Shown here: in pieces, positions 9,499 to 17,186 of the stretch | How the letters are laid out: each line of letters opens with the position of its first letter | Position numbering within the stretch: position 1 is the first letter of the stretch | Source: a virus | Taxonomy: Duplodnaviria; Caudoviricetes | Length of the DNA: 35,815 bases | IMG/VR virus record: IMGVR_UViG_3300020044_003916 | Span: 1-35,815 of that record | Reading direction: 5' to 3' (one strand) | Notes under the pieces: generated by a model | Seen by the model: the letters and a program-made list of their open reading frames with translations, nothing else | The model's database searches: none | What the model was told of the DNA's origin: nothing | Translations under genes and position numbers: made by a program

Positions 9499-10140
9499 TT
9501 AAAAAGTGTGCTCGTTGGCGATGCGCTCAATGACTTGGCGATAGTATTCGCGGCCAGCCTCGACCTTTTCCACGATCCTGGCCTCCATCGTTTTGTCGCG
9601 CTCTTGGTGCAGCAGGGTCACGCGCAACTCGGGCGCGATGTGGTCCACGATATGCAGCTTCGGATCTTCGTACCCGATCAATTCCTCGGGCGTGGAGACC
9701 AGGCAGTAAGCAATGGCCGCGCTGTCCACATCCCAAAGCCACATATAGGCGGCCAACTGCCACATGTAGGTTTTGTTTTCCCCATCCTCGGCAAGCGCCG
9801 GGAACGTGGCAAGCGACCACGACGACTTGATGTCGATGATCTTCGAGCCGGTGAAGATGTCGCACTCGCCGGTGATCCATTCGTTGGTTTTGCGCTCGGT
9901 GTTCTTTGCGTGGCTGGAAAACAAAACCGAGTTCAGCAACTCAATGGACTGATCCTCGCATTGAATGCCCTTGGTCATTGACTTGCTGGTGATACGCTCA
10001 TCGTACCCGTACACGGCTTCTTTTGCCATCTTGTTGATGGCAGTCTTGGCCCCGACCGAGAGCTTGTCGCTCTTGCTTTTGGGCTCGGTCATGATGTCGG
10101 CCAGCGACGATGCGCGAAAGATCAATTTATGGTCAAGCAT
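9499..10140 (-). CDS. YqaJ/lambda-exonuclease-like nuclease
   Basis: FRASSL..IM, KG...E, GECD....IIDIK, Y.WQL..YM PD-(D/E)xK motifs; coupled to ERF. Confidence 0.8.
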   Translation of the reverse strand: MLDHKLIFRASSLADIMTEPKSKSDKLSVGAKTAINKMAKEAVYGYDERITSKSMTKGIQCEDQSIELLNSVLFSSHAKNTERKTNEWITGECDIFTGSKIIDIKSSWSLATFPALAEDGENKTYMWQLAAYMWLWDVDSAAIAYCLVSTPEELIGYEDPKLHIVDHIAPELRVTLLHQERDKTMEARIVEKVEAGREYYRQVIERIANEHTF

Positions 10141-10714
10141 TTGCGAGCGCCTCCACGAGTACGGATTCCTGTTCTTCGGTCAGCGCAAAATCATTGCGCA
10201 GCTTCTCGGTGCTGTACTGCCCCGACTTGATCGACTCGACCGCCTTGGCAAAACGGGCGTTTGTCAGAGTTGGCTTTTTAGCCTCCACCTGGTGCGACTC
10301 ATGATCTGGATCGCCTTCGACCGGGATGCAGAACGCTTGGATGGCCGTGTATTTGTACGCCGCGCTCATCGCCTTGTTGGTCGACTTGTCGCCGCTGTCC
10401 ATGGCTTCGCCGTACATCTTGACGGTGTGCTTTGAGCCATCCTCTGCGCTGACAAAATCATATTCAACCTCGACCGTGGTGTAGAAAAGATTGCCGCCAG
10501 ACTTTGACAGCCGCTCCTCGCATGACCGGCTGATAACCCTCGGCAGGATGACCAGCTTATGGCGGGCCAGCAAAGGCGCAAGTGCGTTTTGCACATCGTC
10601 AATGCCTCGGAAGTTGAAGCCCGAGCCCTGTTGATTGCGGCGATTCTTGGCGATGCCGTGGGCGGAGATGTCGCTGGCGACCTCCGCAATGAGTTGATAG
10701 ACGTTCTTTGTCAT
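10133..10714 (-). CDS. erf: ERF-family single-strand annealing protein
   Basis: FNFRGIDDV, GEAMDSGDKSTNKAMSAAYKY...FCIP..GDPD signature. Confidence 0.88.
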   Translation of the reverse strand: MTKNVYQLIAEVASDISAHGIAKNRRNQQGSGFNFRGIDDVQNALAPLLARHKLVILPRVISRSCEERLSKSGGNLFYTTVEVEYDFVSAEDGSKHTVKMYGEAMDSGDKSTNKAMSAAYKYTAIQAFCIPVEGDPDHESHQVEAKKPTLTNARFAKAVESIKSGQYSTEKLRNDFALTEEQESVLVEALANA

Positions 10715-10759
10715 GGTCTCACTTTCATTGAATGGCCAGGCGGGATTGCCTGACGATTT

Positions 10760-10828
10760 ATTATAAACTGATTTCCAACGATTCCGGCAAAATAATTTTG
10801 CAAAGACAGAAAAAAATTAGGTTACAAT
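10760..10828. promoter_or_regulatory. Divergent early promoters with central operator-like palindrome GCAAAAT-A-ATTTTGC (10787-10801)
   Basis: Minus strand TTGCCG-N19-TATAAT (10790 to 10760); plus strand TTGCAA-N19-TACAAT (10798-10828); AT-rich gap between the divergent arms. Confidence 0.7.
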
Positions 10829-10856
10829 GCCACGAACCAACAAACATGGGGAAAAA

Positions 10857-11204
10857 ATGACAGAGCAAGAGATCACAAACGAATCCGTCAAGGTGCTGCG
10901 CAAATGGCTCGGCCTCGGGCAAGCCGAATTCTGGGGGCCTATTGGCGTCAAGCAAGCCGCCGCCTCGGGCTATGAAAGCAAGACCGGCATTCCCAAGCCC
11001 GTGCGCATCCTGGTGGTGGCCCGCTACATCTGCGGCCTGCACATCGACGCCGACACCAACGAAGGCGTGGCAAAGACCGCCAAGCTGGGCGCGATCCAGC
11101 AAAAGAGCATCAAGGCCAAAGCCATTGCAGGCGAGGTCAAGCAAGACCTGGCGAAAGCCGCCAAGTCAATCCAAACGGCGCATGACGCGCTGAGTTCATA
11201 CTGA
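10857..11204 (+). CDS. XRE-family HTH regulator (Cro/RsaL-like)
   Basis: LRKWLGLGQAEFWGPIGVKQAAASGYES..GIPKPV HTH pattern; the upstream ATG at 10827 overlaps the -10 box, so 10857 is preferred. Confidence 0.8.
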   Translation: MTEQEITNESVKVLRKWLGLGQAEFWGPIGVKQAAASGYESKTGIPKPVRILVVARYICGLHIDADTNEGVAKTAKLGAIQQKSIKAKAIAGEVKQDLAKAAKSIQTAHDALSSY

Positions 11205-11214
11205 AAGGCAAAAC

Positions 11215-11637
11215 ATGGCTCAAATCACTGGGGTTTTTAGGATCGGCAAAGACGCCGAGGTGCGATTCACGCCGCGCGGAGATGCTGTCGCTCAACTGTC
11301 CCTGGCCTACAACTACGGCAAAAAAGGCGACGACAACAAACGCCCATCGCAATGGATCGACGCATCCATCTGGGGCAAGCGCGCCGAATCGCTCGCGCCC
11401 TACCTGCTCAAAGGCTCGCAGATTTACGCCGTCCTGAGCGACCCGCACATCCAGACCCACGAAGGCAAAAACGGCCAAGGCCATAAGCTGGCCGCGACCG
11501 TGCTGGAGATTGAATTGATCGCAGGCCAACGCGACCAAGGCCAGCCCGCACAACGTCAAGAGCGACCAGCGGCACGGCCAGCGCCTGCGCCCGCATCAAG
11601 CGGCTTTGATGACATGGAGGATGATATTCCCTTTTGA
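11215..11637 (+). CDS. ssb: Single-stranded DNA-binding protein
   Basis: OB-fold motifs (GKDAEVRFT, WG.RAE.L..YL.KG) and acidic DDIPF tail. Confidence 0.95.
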   Translation: MAQITGVFRIGKDAEVRFTPRGDAVAQLSLAYNYGKKGDDNKRPSQWIDASIWGKRAESLAPYLLKGSQIYAVLSDPHIQTHEGKNGQGHKLAATVLEIELIAGQRDQGQPAQRQERPAARPAPAPASSGFDDMEDDIPF

Positions 11638-11644
11638 CTATTAC

Positions 11645-11750
11645 GGGCCGAAAGCGGATGCTGCACGGGACAGTTCGGATCCAACGCTCCAATTCAGGCC
11701 ACGGCCCCCATTGAACGGCGGGGAGTTCGTGCAGACGCAGCGAGTAGGCC
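11645..11750 (+). ncRNA. Putative structured intergenic RNA with loop-E-like internal loop
   Basis: GGGCC/GGCCC closing stem, GAAA/GAGUA internal loop, CUGCACGGG/UUCGUGCAG stem; followed by a U-tract. Confidence 0.55.
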
Positions 11751-11777
11751 CACCATTTTTTAACCAAGGAAAAGACC

Positions 11778-12137
11778 ATGAACGACCAAACCATCGAACA
11801 TGAAATCATCGCCAAGGGCAAAACCGCACCGCGCATCACGCCTGCCGACATCGAGGAAAACATCATCAAAGAGGTGTTTTTCACCGCTGCGGACGGCATG
11901 GCTGGAGCTTGGCGTAATGGCGAAGGCAAAAACCAAGGTTCAGTGAATACGGAGCATGAACTTCTGACGTTCTGCGTGCTGACTTTGCGCAACGGCTTTA
12001 CCGTCACTGGCGAGAGCGCTTGCGCCAGCCCGGAAAACTTCGACGCTGAAATTGGTCAAAAGGTTGCCCGCGCCAACGCAGTGCAAAAAATCTGGCCGCT
12101 GATGGGCTATGAACTGAAAACCAAATTGAATGGCTAA
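11778..12137 (+). CDS. Gp49-family (Phage_gp49_66) protein; probable anti-defence nucleotide sponge (Acb4-like)
   Basis: APRITPADIE and LTFCVLTLRNGFTVTGESACASPENFDAEIG..IW.LMGY signature. Confidence 0.8.
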   Translation: MNDQTIEHEIIAKGKTAPRITPADIEENIIKEVFFTAADGMAGAWRNGEGKNQGSVNTEHELLTFCVLTLRNGFTVTGESACASPENFDAEIGQKVARANAVQKIWPLMGYELKTKLNG

Positions 12138-12654
12138 ATTCACCATCCAACGCACCGGCCAAGCCATCCCAGCAGAACTGGAGGGCGCTCGCGCCCTTCT
12201 TTTCAAATGCTTTGAAGGCCGCACCGACGAAGACACATCCGCATGGAAAAAACTGTGGGCGCGTCTCATCAAATCCGAGCCCGGCCAGATCGTCAACATG
12301 GAGGCATCGTTCCCGCGAAACCTAAAATTCCACCGTAAGTTCTTTGCTTTGCTGAATCTTGGCTTTGAGGCATGGCAACCGGCGACCAAATTCAAAGGCA
12401 TGGAAATCGCCAAGGACTTCGATCAATTCCGCAGCGATGTGACGATCCTTGCTGGCTTCTACGAGCAGACCTTCACTCTTGATGGCGCCATGTCCCTCAA
12501 GGCCAAATCCATCGCCTTTGGCAGCATGGAAGAACCCGAGTTCGAGGCGCTCTACTCTGCCGTGGTGAACGTCCTCCTTCAGCGCGTGCTGACGACATAT
12601 GAAGACCGCGCCCAGTTGGATGCGGTGGTCGATCAAATCTTGTCGATGGCATGA
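12130..12654 (+). CDS. DUF1367-like (nin-region) protein
   Basis: RN.KFHRKFFALLNLGFE.W, FR..VTI.AG.Y, SIAF.SM...EF..LY motifs. Confidence 0.75.
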   Translation: MAKFTIQRTGQAIPAELEGARALLFKCFEGRTDEDTSAWKKLWARLIKSEPGQIVNMEASFPRNLKFHRKFFALLNLGFEAWQPATKFKGMEIAKDFDQFRSDVTILAGFYEQTFTLDGAMSLKAKSIAFGSMEEPEFEALYSAVVNVLLQRVLTTYEDRAQLDAVVDQILSMA

Positions 12655-12968
12655 GATTCCCAAAGCACGATTACGTCCGCAGCAAGACCCTGCTGCGCAA
12701 CGCCCGTGAGATTCCCTGCCAGCACTGCGGCGCTGACGACGGAACAATTTGCGCGGCCCATACCAATCACGGCGGCGGCAAGGGTCGAGGCATCAAGGCA
12801 AGCGACAACCTGATCGCCTCACTTTGTTTTCGATGCCACCATGCGCTCGACCAGGGCGCGGCCATGAGCAAAGCCGAGCGGATCGCCATGTGGGAGGATG
12901 CCCACCGAAAGACCGTGGACAAGCTGACAAAGCTGGGATTGTGGCCCGCCGACGTGCCCATCCCATAA
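12651..12968 (+). CDS. Zn-binding HNH-like nin-region nuclease (DUF1364/DUF968-like)
   Basis: CQHCG, AAH.N, GKGRGIKASD, LCFRCH motifs. Confidence 0.7.
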   Translation: MRFPKHDYVRSKTLLRNAREIPCQHCGADDGTICAAHTNHGGGKGRGIKASDNLIASLCFRCHHALDQGAAMSKAERIAMWEDAHRKTVDKLTKLGLWPADVPIP

Positions 12969-13012
12969 ATTACGATATAATAAAATTTTCATCAACAAAA
13001 CCAAACAAACCA

Positions 13013-13528
13013 ATGAAAGTTACACGAAAGAACGGCGACCCAATCACGATGGATTTGATCCGCGCTAAAAGCCACGAGGACGGCGATTGCCTGATTTGGG
13101 ATGGCGGCAAAGGTGCAGGCGTTCCATACATCCGCCAGCCCGGATTAAAAAACCTCATGCCCGTTCGCAGGTGGATTGCAATCAACGTTTTGGGCCTCAA
13201 AACCGATAAGCTGATGGCAAGCACGCTTTGCGGCAACCCGTCCTGCGTTGACCCTAATCACGTTGTGATGAAAAGCCGGTCAAGGCTGGTTGCAGATGCG
13301 GCTACCCGCACCCAGTACCACAAAAACCCGGTCCGAAATCTAAAGCTGGCCCTCGCTGCCCGCGCCCGCTCGCCTCACTCGCCCGAGTTGATTGAGCGCA
13401 TCCGAAACATGGAAGGCACGCACCGAGGCATTGCCAACGAGCTTGGCATCAACTTCGACGTGGTCAATCGGATCAAAAACGGAACTGGCTACAAAGAATA
13501 CAAAAACAACCCATGGGCTGGACTATGA
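13013..13528 (+). CDS. Degenerate HNH (His-Cys box-like) protein with C-terminal HTH
   Basis: DCLIWDG, CGNPSCVDPNHV, IANELGI..DVVNRIKNG; the His normally preceding CxN is absent (STLCGN); start chosen after the AT-rich spacer. Confidence 0.6.
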   Translation: MKVTRKNGDPITMDLIRAKSHEDGDCLIWDGGKGAGVPYIRQPGLKNLMPVRRWIAINVLGLKTDKLMASTLCGNPSCVDPNHVVMKSRSRLVADAATRTQYHKNPVRNLKLALAARARSPHSPELIERIRNMEGTHRGIANELGINFDVVNRIKNGTGYKEYKNNPWAGL

Positions 13529-13782
13529 GCATTTTTTTATGTGAAGGCCTTGAGGATCACGTTATCCGCAACGAGGATCACGCAGTCGTCATTGCAGGCC
13601 AAGGCTATTCCATCAAAGGCAAGATGCGTTGCATTTTGACCGACAGCGGCAACGGCTTTATTGCGCACTTTCCGTCGCATACATCAACGCACCAAGACAA
13701 CTATGTTTGCATGGATTACGGCCAGGCGCAGGCGTTGGTGATGGCGCTGTCTGCGTTCAAAAAAGAATTGGGGTTTGAATGA
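13525..13782 (+). CDS. Hypothetical protein
   Basis: ATGA coupling on both sides. Confidence 0.65.
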   Translation: MSIFLCEGLEDHVIRNEDHAVVIAGQGYSIKGKMRCILTDSGNGFIAHFPSHTSTHQDNYVCMDYGQAQALVMALSAFKKELGFE

Positions 13783-14243
13783 GAAAGCGCAGCGCATACC
13801 GACCCAAGCCGATCAGGGCCGATGCCGTGAACTACGTTTTGTCCGGCCTCAAGCCATTGACCGACAGCGGCGACGAACTGGCAACGCTCAAAATCAAAAA
13901 CCACGGCGCAATGGCCGCAACAGCACAAGGCCAAGCCACCCGCGACGACATGGACATCCTTATCGCGGCCACCAATATCTCTGAGGCGCTGGCGCTGGGC
14001 GGCATTGGCGCGGACTACAAGACCGAGATCCGAGCAGGCCAAGACGCATTGAAAGACCTTTGCGCCCGAGGCGTTGAGCGCGATGATCGGTTTGTTTTCA
14101 AGGCGCAGGAACTGGCCGCACTGAATCTCGCCATGGACATCCACGACGCCCAGCTTGAGGTTGTCACCGTGCAGCAACTTGAGCAGGCTATCGAGTACGT
14201 GAAAAAGGTCATCCGATCAGGCAAAGCAAGGAGAATCATATGA
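13779..14243 (+). CDS. Hypothetical helical phage protein (154 aa)
   Basis: ATGA coupling; phage-like codon usage. Confidence 0.7.
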   Translation: MRKRSAYRPKPIRADAVNYVLSGLKPLTDSGDELATLKIKNHGAMAATAQGQATRDDMDILIAATNISEALALGGIGADYKTEIRAGQDALKDLCARGVERDDRFVFKAQELAALNLAMDIHDAQLEVVTVQQLEQAIEYVKKVIRSGKARRII

Positions 14244-14491
14244 GCGAAGCATTAACCCGGGTCATTGCAGAACAGCAGGCCGAAATCGACCAATGGAAAT
14301 CACGGGACAAATACAACCTAGACGCCTGGGTTCGCGAAAACGAAAAACGCGAGGCTTTGGTCTCTGCTGTTTTTTCATACCTCAGCTACCCCGACGCAAC
14401 CGGCGTGCGGCAATCAGTCCTTGAGGCTTTGCGCGGCTACGGTTACTGCCTTGCCTGCGAGTGCAGCGATTGCGAGTGCGACGACGAATGA
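14240..14491 (+). CDS. Hypothetical protein with Cys-rich C-terminus
   Basis: AGGAG RBS, ATGA coupling, CLACECSDCEC tail. Confidence 0.65.
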   Translation: MSEALTRVIAEQQAEIDQWKSRDKYNLDAWVRENEKREALVSAVFSYLSYPDATGVRQSVLEALRGYGYCLACECSDCECDDE

Positions 14492-14694
14492 AACCAATCT
14501 GCGCACTTTGTGGCCGACCCACCAAGCCATTCGTCATGATCGGCCGCGAAGCCATCGGCCCGAAGTGCGCGGCCAAGGCTGGACTGCTGCCAAAATCATG
14601 GCGCAATAGTCGGCTGAAGTTCATCAAGCCCGCAAAGCCCGAAAGCAACGGCCAGGGCGACTTATTCGCAGACCAAAAGGAATCCAATGATTGA
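14488..14694 (+). CDS. Small Zn-finger-like protein
   Basis: CALCGR...IGPKCA motif; ATGA coupling. Confidence 0.6.
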   Translation: MKPICALCGRPTKPFVMIGREAIGPKCAAKAGLLPKSWRNSRLKFIKPAKPESNGQGDLFADQKESND

Positions 14695-15043
14695 ACTGAC
14701 CCTGCCATGGCCATCGCCAGACCTAAGCCCGAATTCGCGCGGCCACTGGGCAATCAAAGCCCGCGCCGCCAAAGCCTACCGCCAGGCCTGCTACATCACC
14801 GCAAAGCAGCAAGGCCTGACTCGCATTGACGCACCGCGCCTGCACGCCACGATCACGTTCTACCCACCATCCAGGCGCCGGATTGACCTGGACAACTGCA
14901 TCGCCAGGATCAAGCAAGCCATCGACGCCGTGGCCGAGATCAGTGGGGTTGACGACAGCAAATGGACGATGAGCTTTTCATTTGCTGGCGATGTCGGCGG
15001 GATGGTGAAAATAAACCTTGAGCCGATGCGAATGATTGGGTAA
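14687..15043 (+). CDS. rusA: RusA-like Holliday junction resolvase
   Basis: LTLPWP..LSPN, FYPPSRRRIDLDN...K...DA....GVDDS motifs. Confidence 0.85.
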   Translation: MIELTLPWPSPDLSPNSRGHWAIKARAAKAYRQACYITAKQQGLTRIDAPRLHATITFYPPSRRRIDLDNCIARIKQAIDAVAEISGVDDSKWTMSFSFAGDVGGMVKINLEPMRMIG

Positions 15044-15046
15044 AAT
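15018..15046 (+). promoter_or_regulatory. Sigma70-type promoter TTGAGC-N17-TAAAAT for the replication operon leader
   Basis: Exact 17-nt spacer; the -10 overlaps the rusA stop; the structured leader begins 6 nt downstream. Confidence 0.6.
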
Positions 15047-15051
15047 ATTCC

Positions 15052-15116
15052 GAAACAAGGCTAAGTTGGGACTGATCCCCTGACTGAAAAGCGAACTCCC
15101 CGCCTGCCTTTGTTTC
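15052..15116 (+). ncRNA. Putative three-way-junction leader RNA, copy B
   Basis: GAAACAAGGC-UA-[AGUUGGGA CUGA UCCCCUGACU]-GAAAA-[GCG..CGC]-CU-GCCUUUGUUUC. Confidence 0.6.
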
Positions 15117-15145
15117 TTTCCTGGGAGATTTGCGGAGATGCCATC

Positions 15146-15934
15146 GTGCATTATTACAAACGAAATCTTGGCGATTACGCCAAAAAATGTGGCCGTCTAT
15201 CCATGCTTCAGCACGGAGCGTACACGCTCTTGATTGATTCGTGCTACGACCGTGAGAAATTCCCAACGCTTGAGGATGCTATCGAGTGGACGTGGGCCAG
15301 CACCGAAGCAGAGATTGAAGCGGTCAAATTTGTTTTGGGCCGCTTTTTTACACTGTCACCAGATGGGGAATATGTGCAAGAGCGCATCCTTGCTGAGCTT
15401 CTTGAATACCACTCAAAAGCCGACACAAACAAACGAATTGCACAAGAACGCGAGGCGAAGCGTAAAGAAAAAAGCACGGGTCGTGCACAATCCGTGGACG
15501 ATGCGTCACCTAACCATAAACCACTAACCACTAACCAAGAACCACAAACCAAGAACCAAAAGAACAAAGCGGAAGCGCCTGACGGCGTATCCCCTGAAGT
15601 TTGGGATTCTTTTGTCAAGCAACGGAAATCAAAGAAAGCCCAAATCACCGACAACGTGTTGAGCGCCATTGATCGAGAGGCAAAAAAGGCAGGGTGGTCA
15701 TTGGATGCCGCATTGAATGAAATCGTGGTCAGGAACTGGCAGAGTTTCAAAGCTGATTGGGTGGCCGATAAACAAAATCAAACAGAGACCGTTTACCAGC
15801 GATCAATGCGACTCAAGATGCAGGAGGCCGTGCCAAGCATTGCAAAACAGGCGCCCGAACCCTACCAAGACGCCAGCGACTTTTTCCGCACCATTGACAT
15901 GGAAACCCAGAAAGCAATCGAGGTGAAAAAATGA
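15146..15934 (+). CDS. Replication initiator, YdaU/DUF1376 family (lambda O analogue), GTG start
   Basis: HYY.RNLGDY....L...HGAY.LLID..Y..E N-terminus; internal iteron region; W..F...RK and WQSF...W C-terminal motifs; GGAG before the GTG. Confidence 0.8.
   Translation: MHYYKRNLGDYAKKCGRLSMLQHGAYTLLIDSCYDREKFPTLEDAIEWTWASTEAEIEAVKFVLGRFFTLSPDGEYVQERILAELLEYHSKADTNKRIAQEREAKRKEKSTGRAQSVDDASPNHKPLTTNQEPQTKNQKNKAEAPDGVSPEVWDSFVKQRKSKKAQITDNVLSAIDREAKKAGWSLDAALNEIVVRNWQSFKADWVADKQNQTETVYQRSMRLKMQEAVPSIAKQAPEPYQDASDFFRTIDMETQKAIEVKK
15475..15560 (+). repeat. Probable replication origin: three 11-bp palindromic units (CACGnnnCGTG-like, 15475-15507) plus seven AACCAnn heptamers (15512-15560)
   Basis: cacgggtcgtg|cacaatccgtg|gacgatgcgtc, then aaccata aaccact aaccact aaccaag aaccaca aaccaag aaccaaa, inside the initiator gene as in lambdoid origins. 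Confidence 0.7.
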
Positions 15935-16269
15935 GCCTGCCAATGCCTTGGGTTGAGCGAATTTTTACCAAGTTGACCATGGTTTATGGTCGGGATTTTT
16001 TAGGCCGATGGGAGGGGTTGGACATTTCCGAGGTCAAAGCGGATTGGGCTCATGAGCTTTCAGGATTCAAAGACCACGCAGAATCCATTGCCTATGCCTT
16101 AAAAAATCTGCCAGACAGCGGAAAGCCTCCAACGGTTTTGGAATTTCGCGCCATGTGCAGGAAGGCCCCGCAATCAACCGCCCCCATGCTGGAAAACAAA
16201 CTTACATTCGAGCAAATGGCCGCGAACAAAAAGCGCATTGCTGAATTGATTTCTAAGGTGAAAAAATGA
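15931..16269 (+). CDS. Replication protein at the lambda P position (helicase-loader-like)
   Basis: IF..L...YG..F..RW, W...L, PPT..EFR..CR motifs; coupled to the initiator. Confidence 0.65.
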   Translation: MSLPMPWVERIFTKLTMVYGRDFLGRWEGLDISEVKADWAHELSGFKDHAESIAYALKNLPDSGKPPTVLEFRAMCRKAPQSTAPMLENKLTFEQMAANKKRIAELISKVKK

Positions 16270-16382
16270 CGCACCAACGAGCCATGCAAATCCTCGATCA
16301 TGTCCGCGAAGGCCGCGCATACCCCGAGCACATCATCACCCACGCCCTCAAACTGACCGGAGACATTGATGACCAAAGCTGA
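16266..16382 (+). CDS. Small hypothetical protein (38 aa, MTHQRAMQILDHVREG...ALKLTGDIDDQS)
   Basis: Manually translated; ATGA coupling and AAGGTG RBS; below the ORF-track cutoff. Confidence 0.55.
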   Translation: MTHQRAMQILDHVREGRAYPEHIITHALKLTGDIDDQS

Positions 16383-16689
16383 ACAACGCCGCGACACCGG
16401 AATCGCCCGGGCAGTCAATCACGCCCAGCGGATCCACGGCGACTGGTTTGACAAAGCCAGCGTGATGATGCTTTTGTTCATGAAGCAAAACCCAGGCAAG
16501 GCATTTATGGCCGAGCAGGTCAGGGCCTGGGCCGAACAATGCGGGATGCCAAAGCCACCAGATGCCCGCGCATGGGGCGGCGTGTTCATCGCGGCCAGCA
16601 AAGCCAACGTGATCCGCAGCATCGGCTACAAGCGGCAAGAATCGGCGACTTGCCATTGCTCGCCTAAGAACGTTTGGAAGCGAGCCTGA
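16369..16689 (+). CDS. Hypothetical protein
   Basis: GGAG RBS; RAWGGVF..A motif. Confidence 0.65.
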   Translation: MTKAEQRRDTGIARAVNHAQRIHGDWFDKASVMMLLFMKQNPGKAFMAEQVRAWAEQCGMPKPPDARAWGGVFIAASKANVIRSIGYKRQESATCHCSPKNVWKRA

Positions 16690-16865
16690 TGGACTACGAA
16701 CTCGCCTACCGCCTGCAACTGGAAAAGCTGATTCACATCGCGCAAAGCCCAGAATGGAAGGCCTGGGCATGGGACTATGCCAAACAGCTTGCCGCCGACA
16801 AGTCAGGCGTGTTCAAAGGCATCGACGACGACTTGGCCAAGGCCATGAAAGAATTGAAAAAATAA
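16689..16865 (+). CDS. Hypothetical protein (58 aa)
   Basis: TGATG coupling. Confidence 0.6.
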   Translation: MDYELAYRLQLEKLIHIAQSPEWKAWAWDYAKQLAADKSGVFKGIDDDLAKAMKELKK

Positions 16866-16897
16866 TTTTGCACAGTCGCAAAATATTAGTTTATAAT
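16857..16897 (+). promoter_or_regulatory. Strong early promoter TTGCAC-N18-TATAAT sharing flanks with the divergent promoters
   Basis: AAAATAATTTTGC upstream and ATTAGTTTATAAT at the -10, closely matching 10789-10828 and the leftward promoter. Confidence 0.75.
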
Positions 16898-16944
16898 TTC
16901 AATCAGGCCGCAAACTTCTTGAGGCCATCAACCGAAAGTAAGAC

Positions 16945-17145
16945 ATGAACCACCAAATGCACCTCAACAAATCAGGCAGCGGCTTCACTTCTCGCACAGC
17001 TTGCGGCCGCAATATTTTGCGCACCCCAATGAGCACCGATTGGGAAAACTTCAAAATGGAAGCGCCAGCCTATCGCTGCATCAAATGTGTTTCAAGCAAA
17101 CAGTTTGAAGTCAACACAAAATCAGACGCACGCAAAGCAGCCTAA
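16945..17145 (+). CDS. Small Cys/His-containing hypothetical protein (66 aa)
   Basis: First ORF after the promoter; H..TACG..C..C pattern. Confidence 0.65.
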   Translation: MNHQMHLNKSGSGFTSRTACGRNILRTPMSTDWENFKMEAPAYRCIKCVSSKQFEVNTKSDARKAA

Positions 17146-17186
17146 TTCAAACGGGGTCACCGGCCCCAATTTTCAGAAAGTAAGAC

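Noticed and set aside
11640-11770. tRNA in the intergenic gaps (here and at 20110-20290)
   Set aside because: No cloverleaf with properly placed D and T-psi-C arms; GTTCG occurrences lack the T-arm context
12749-13012. N-terminal extension of the 259-aa ORF
   Set aside because: Overlaps the 12651-12968 gene and an AT-rich promoter-like spacer; ATG 13013 is the more plausible start
15052-15116. Hammerhead ribozyme (CUGA and GAAA present in a three-way junction)
   Set aside because: CUGA lies in a hairpin loop/stem rather than as a CUGANGA junction strand, and copy A lacks it
15512-15560. CRISPR-like or contingency repeat
   Set aside because: 7-bp degenerate tandem units without spacers; better explained as an origin element inside the initiator gene
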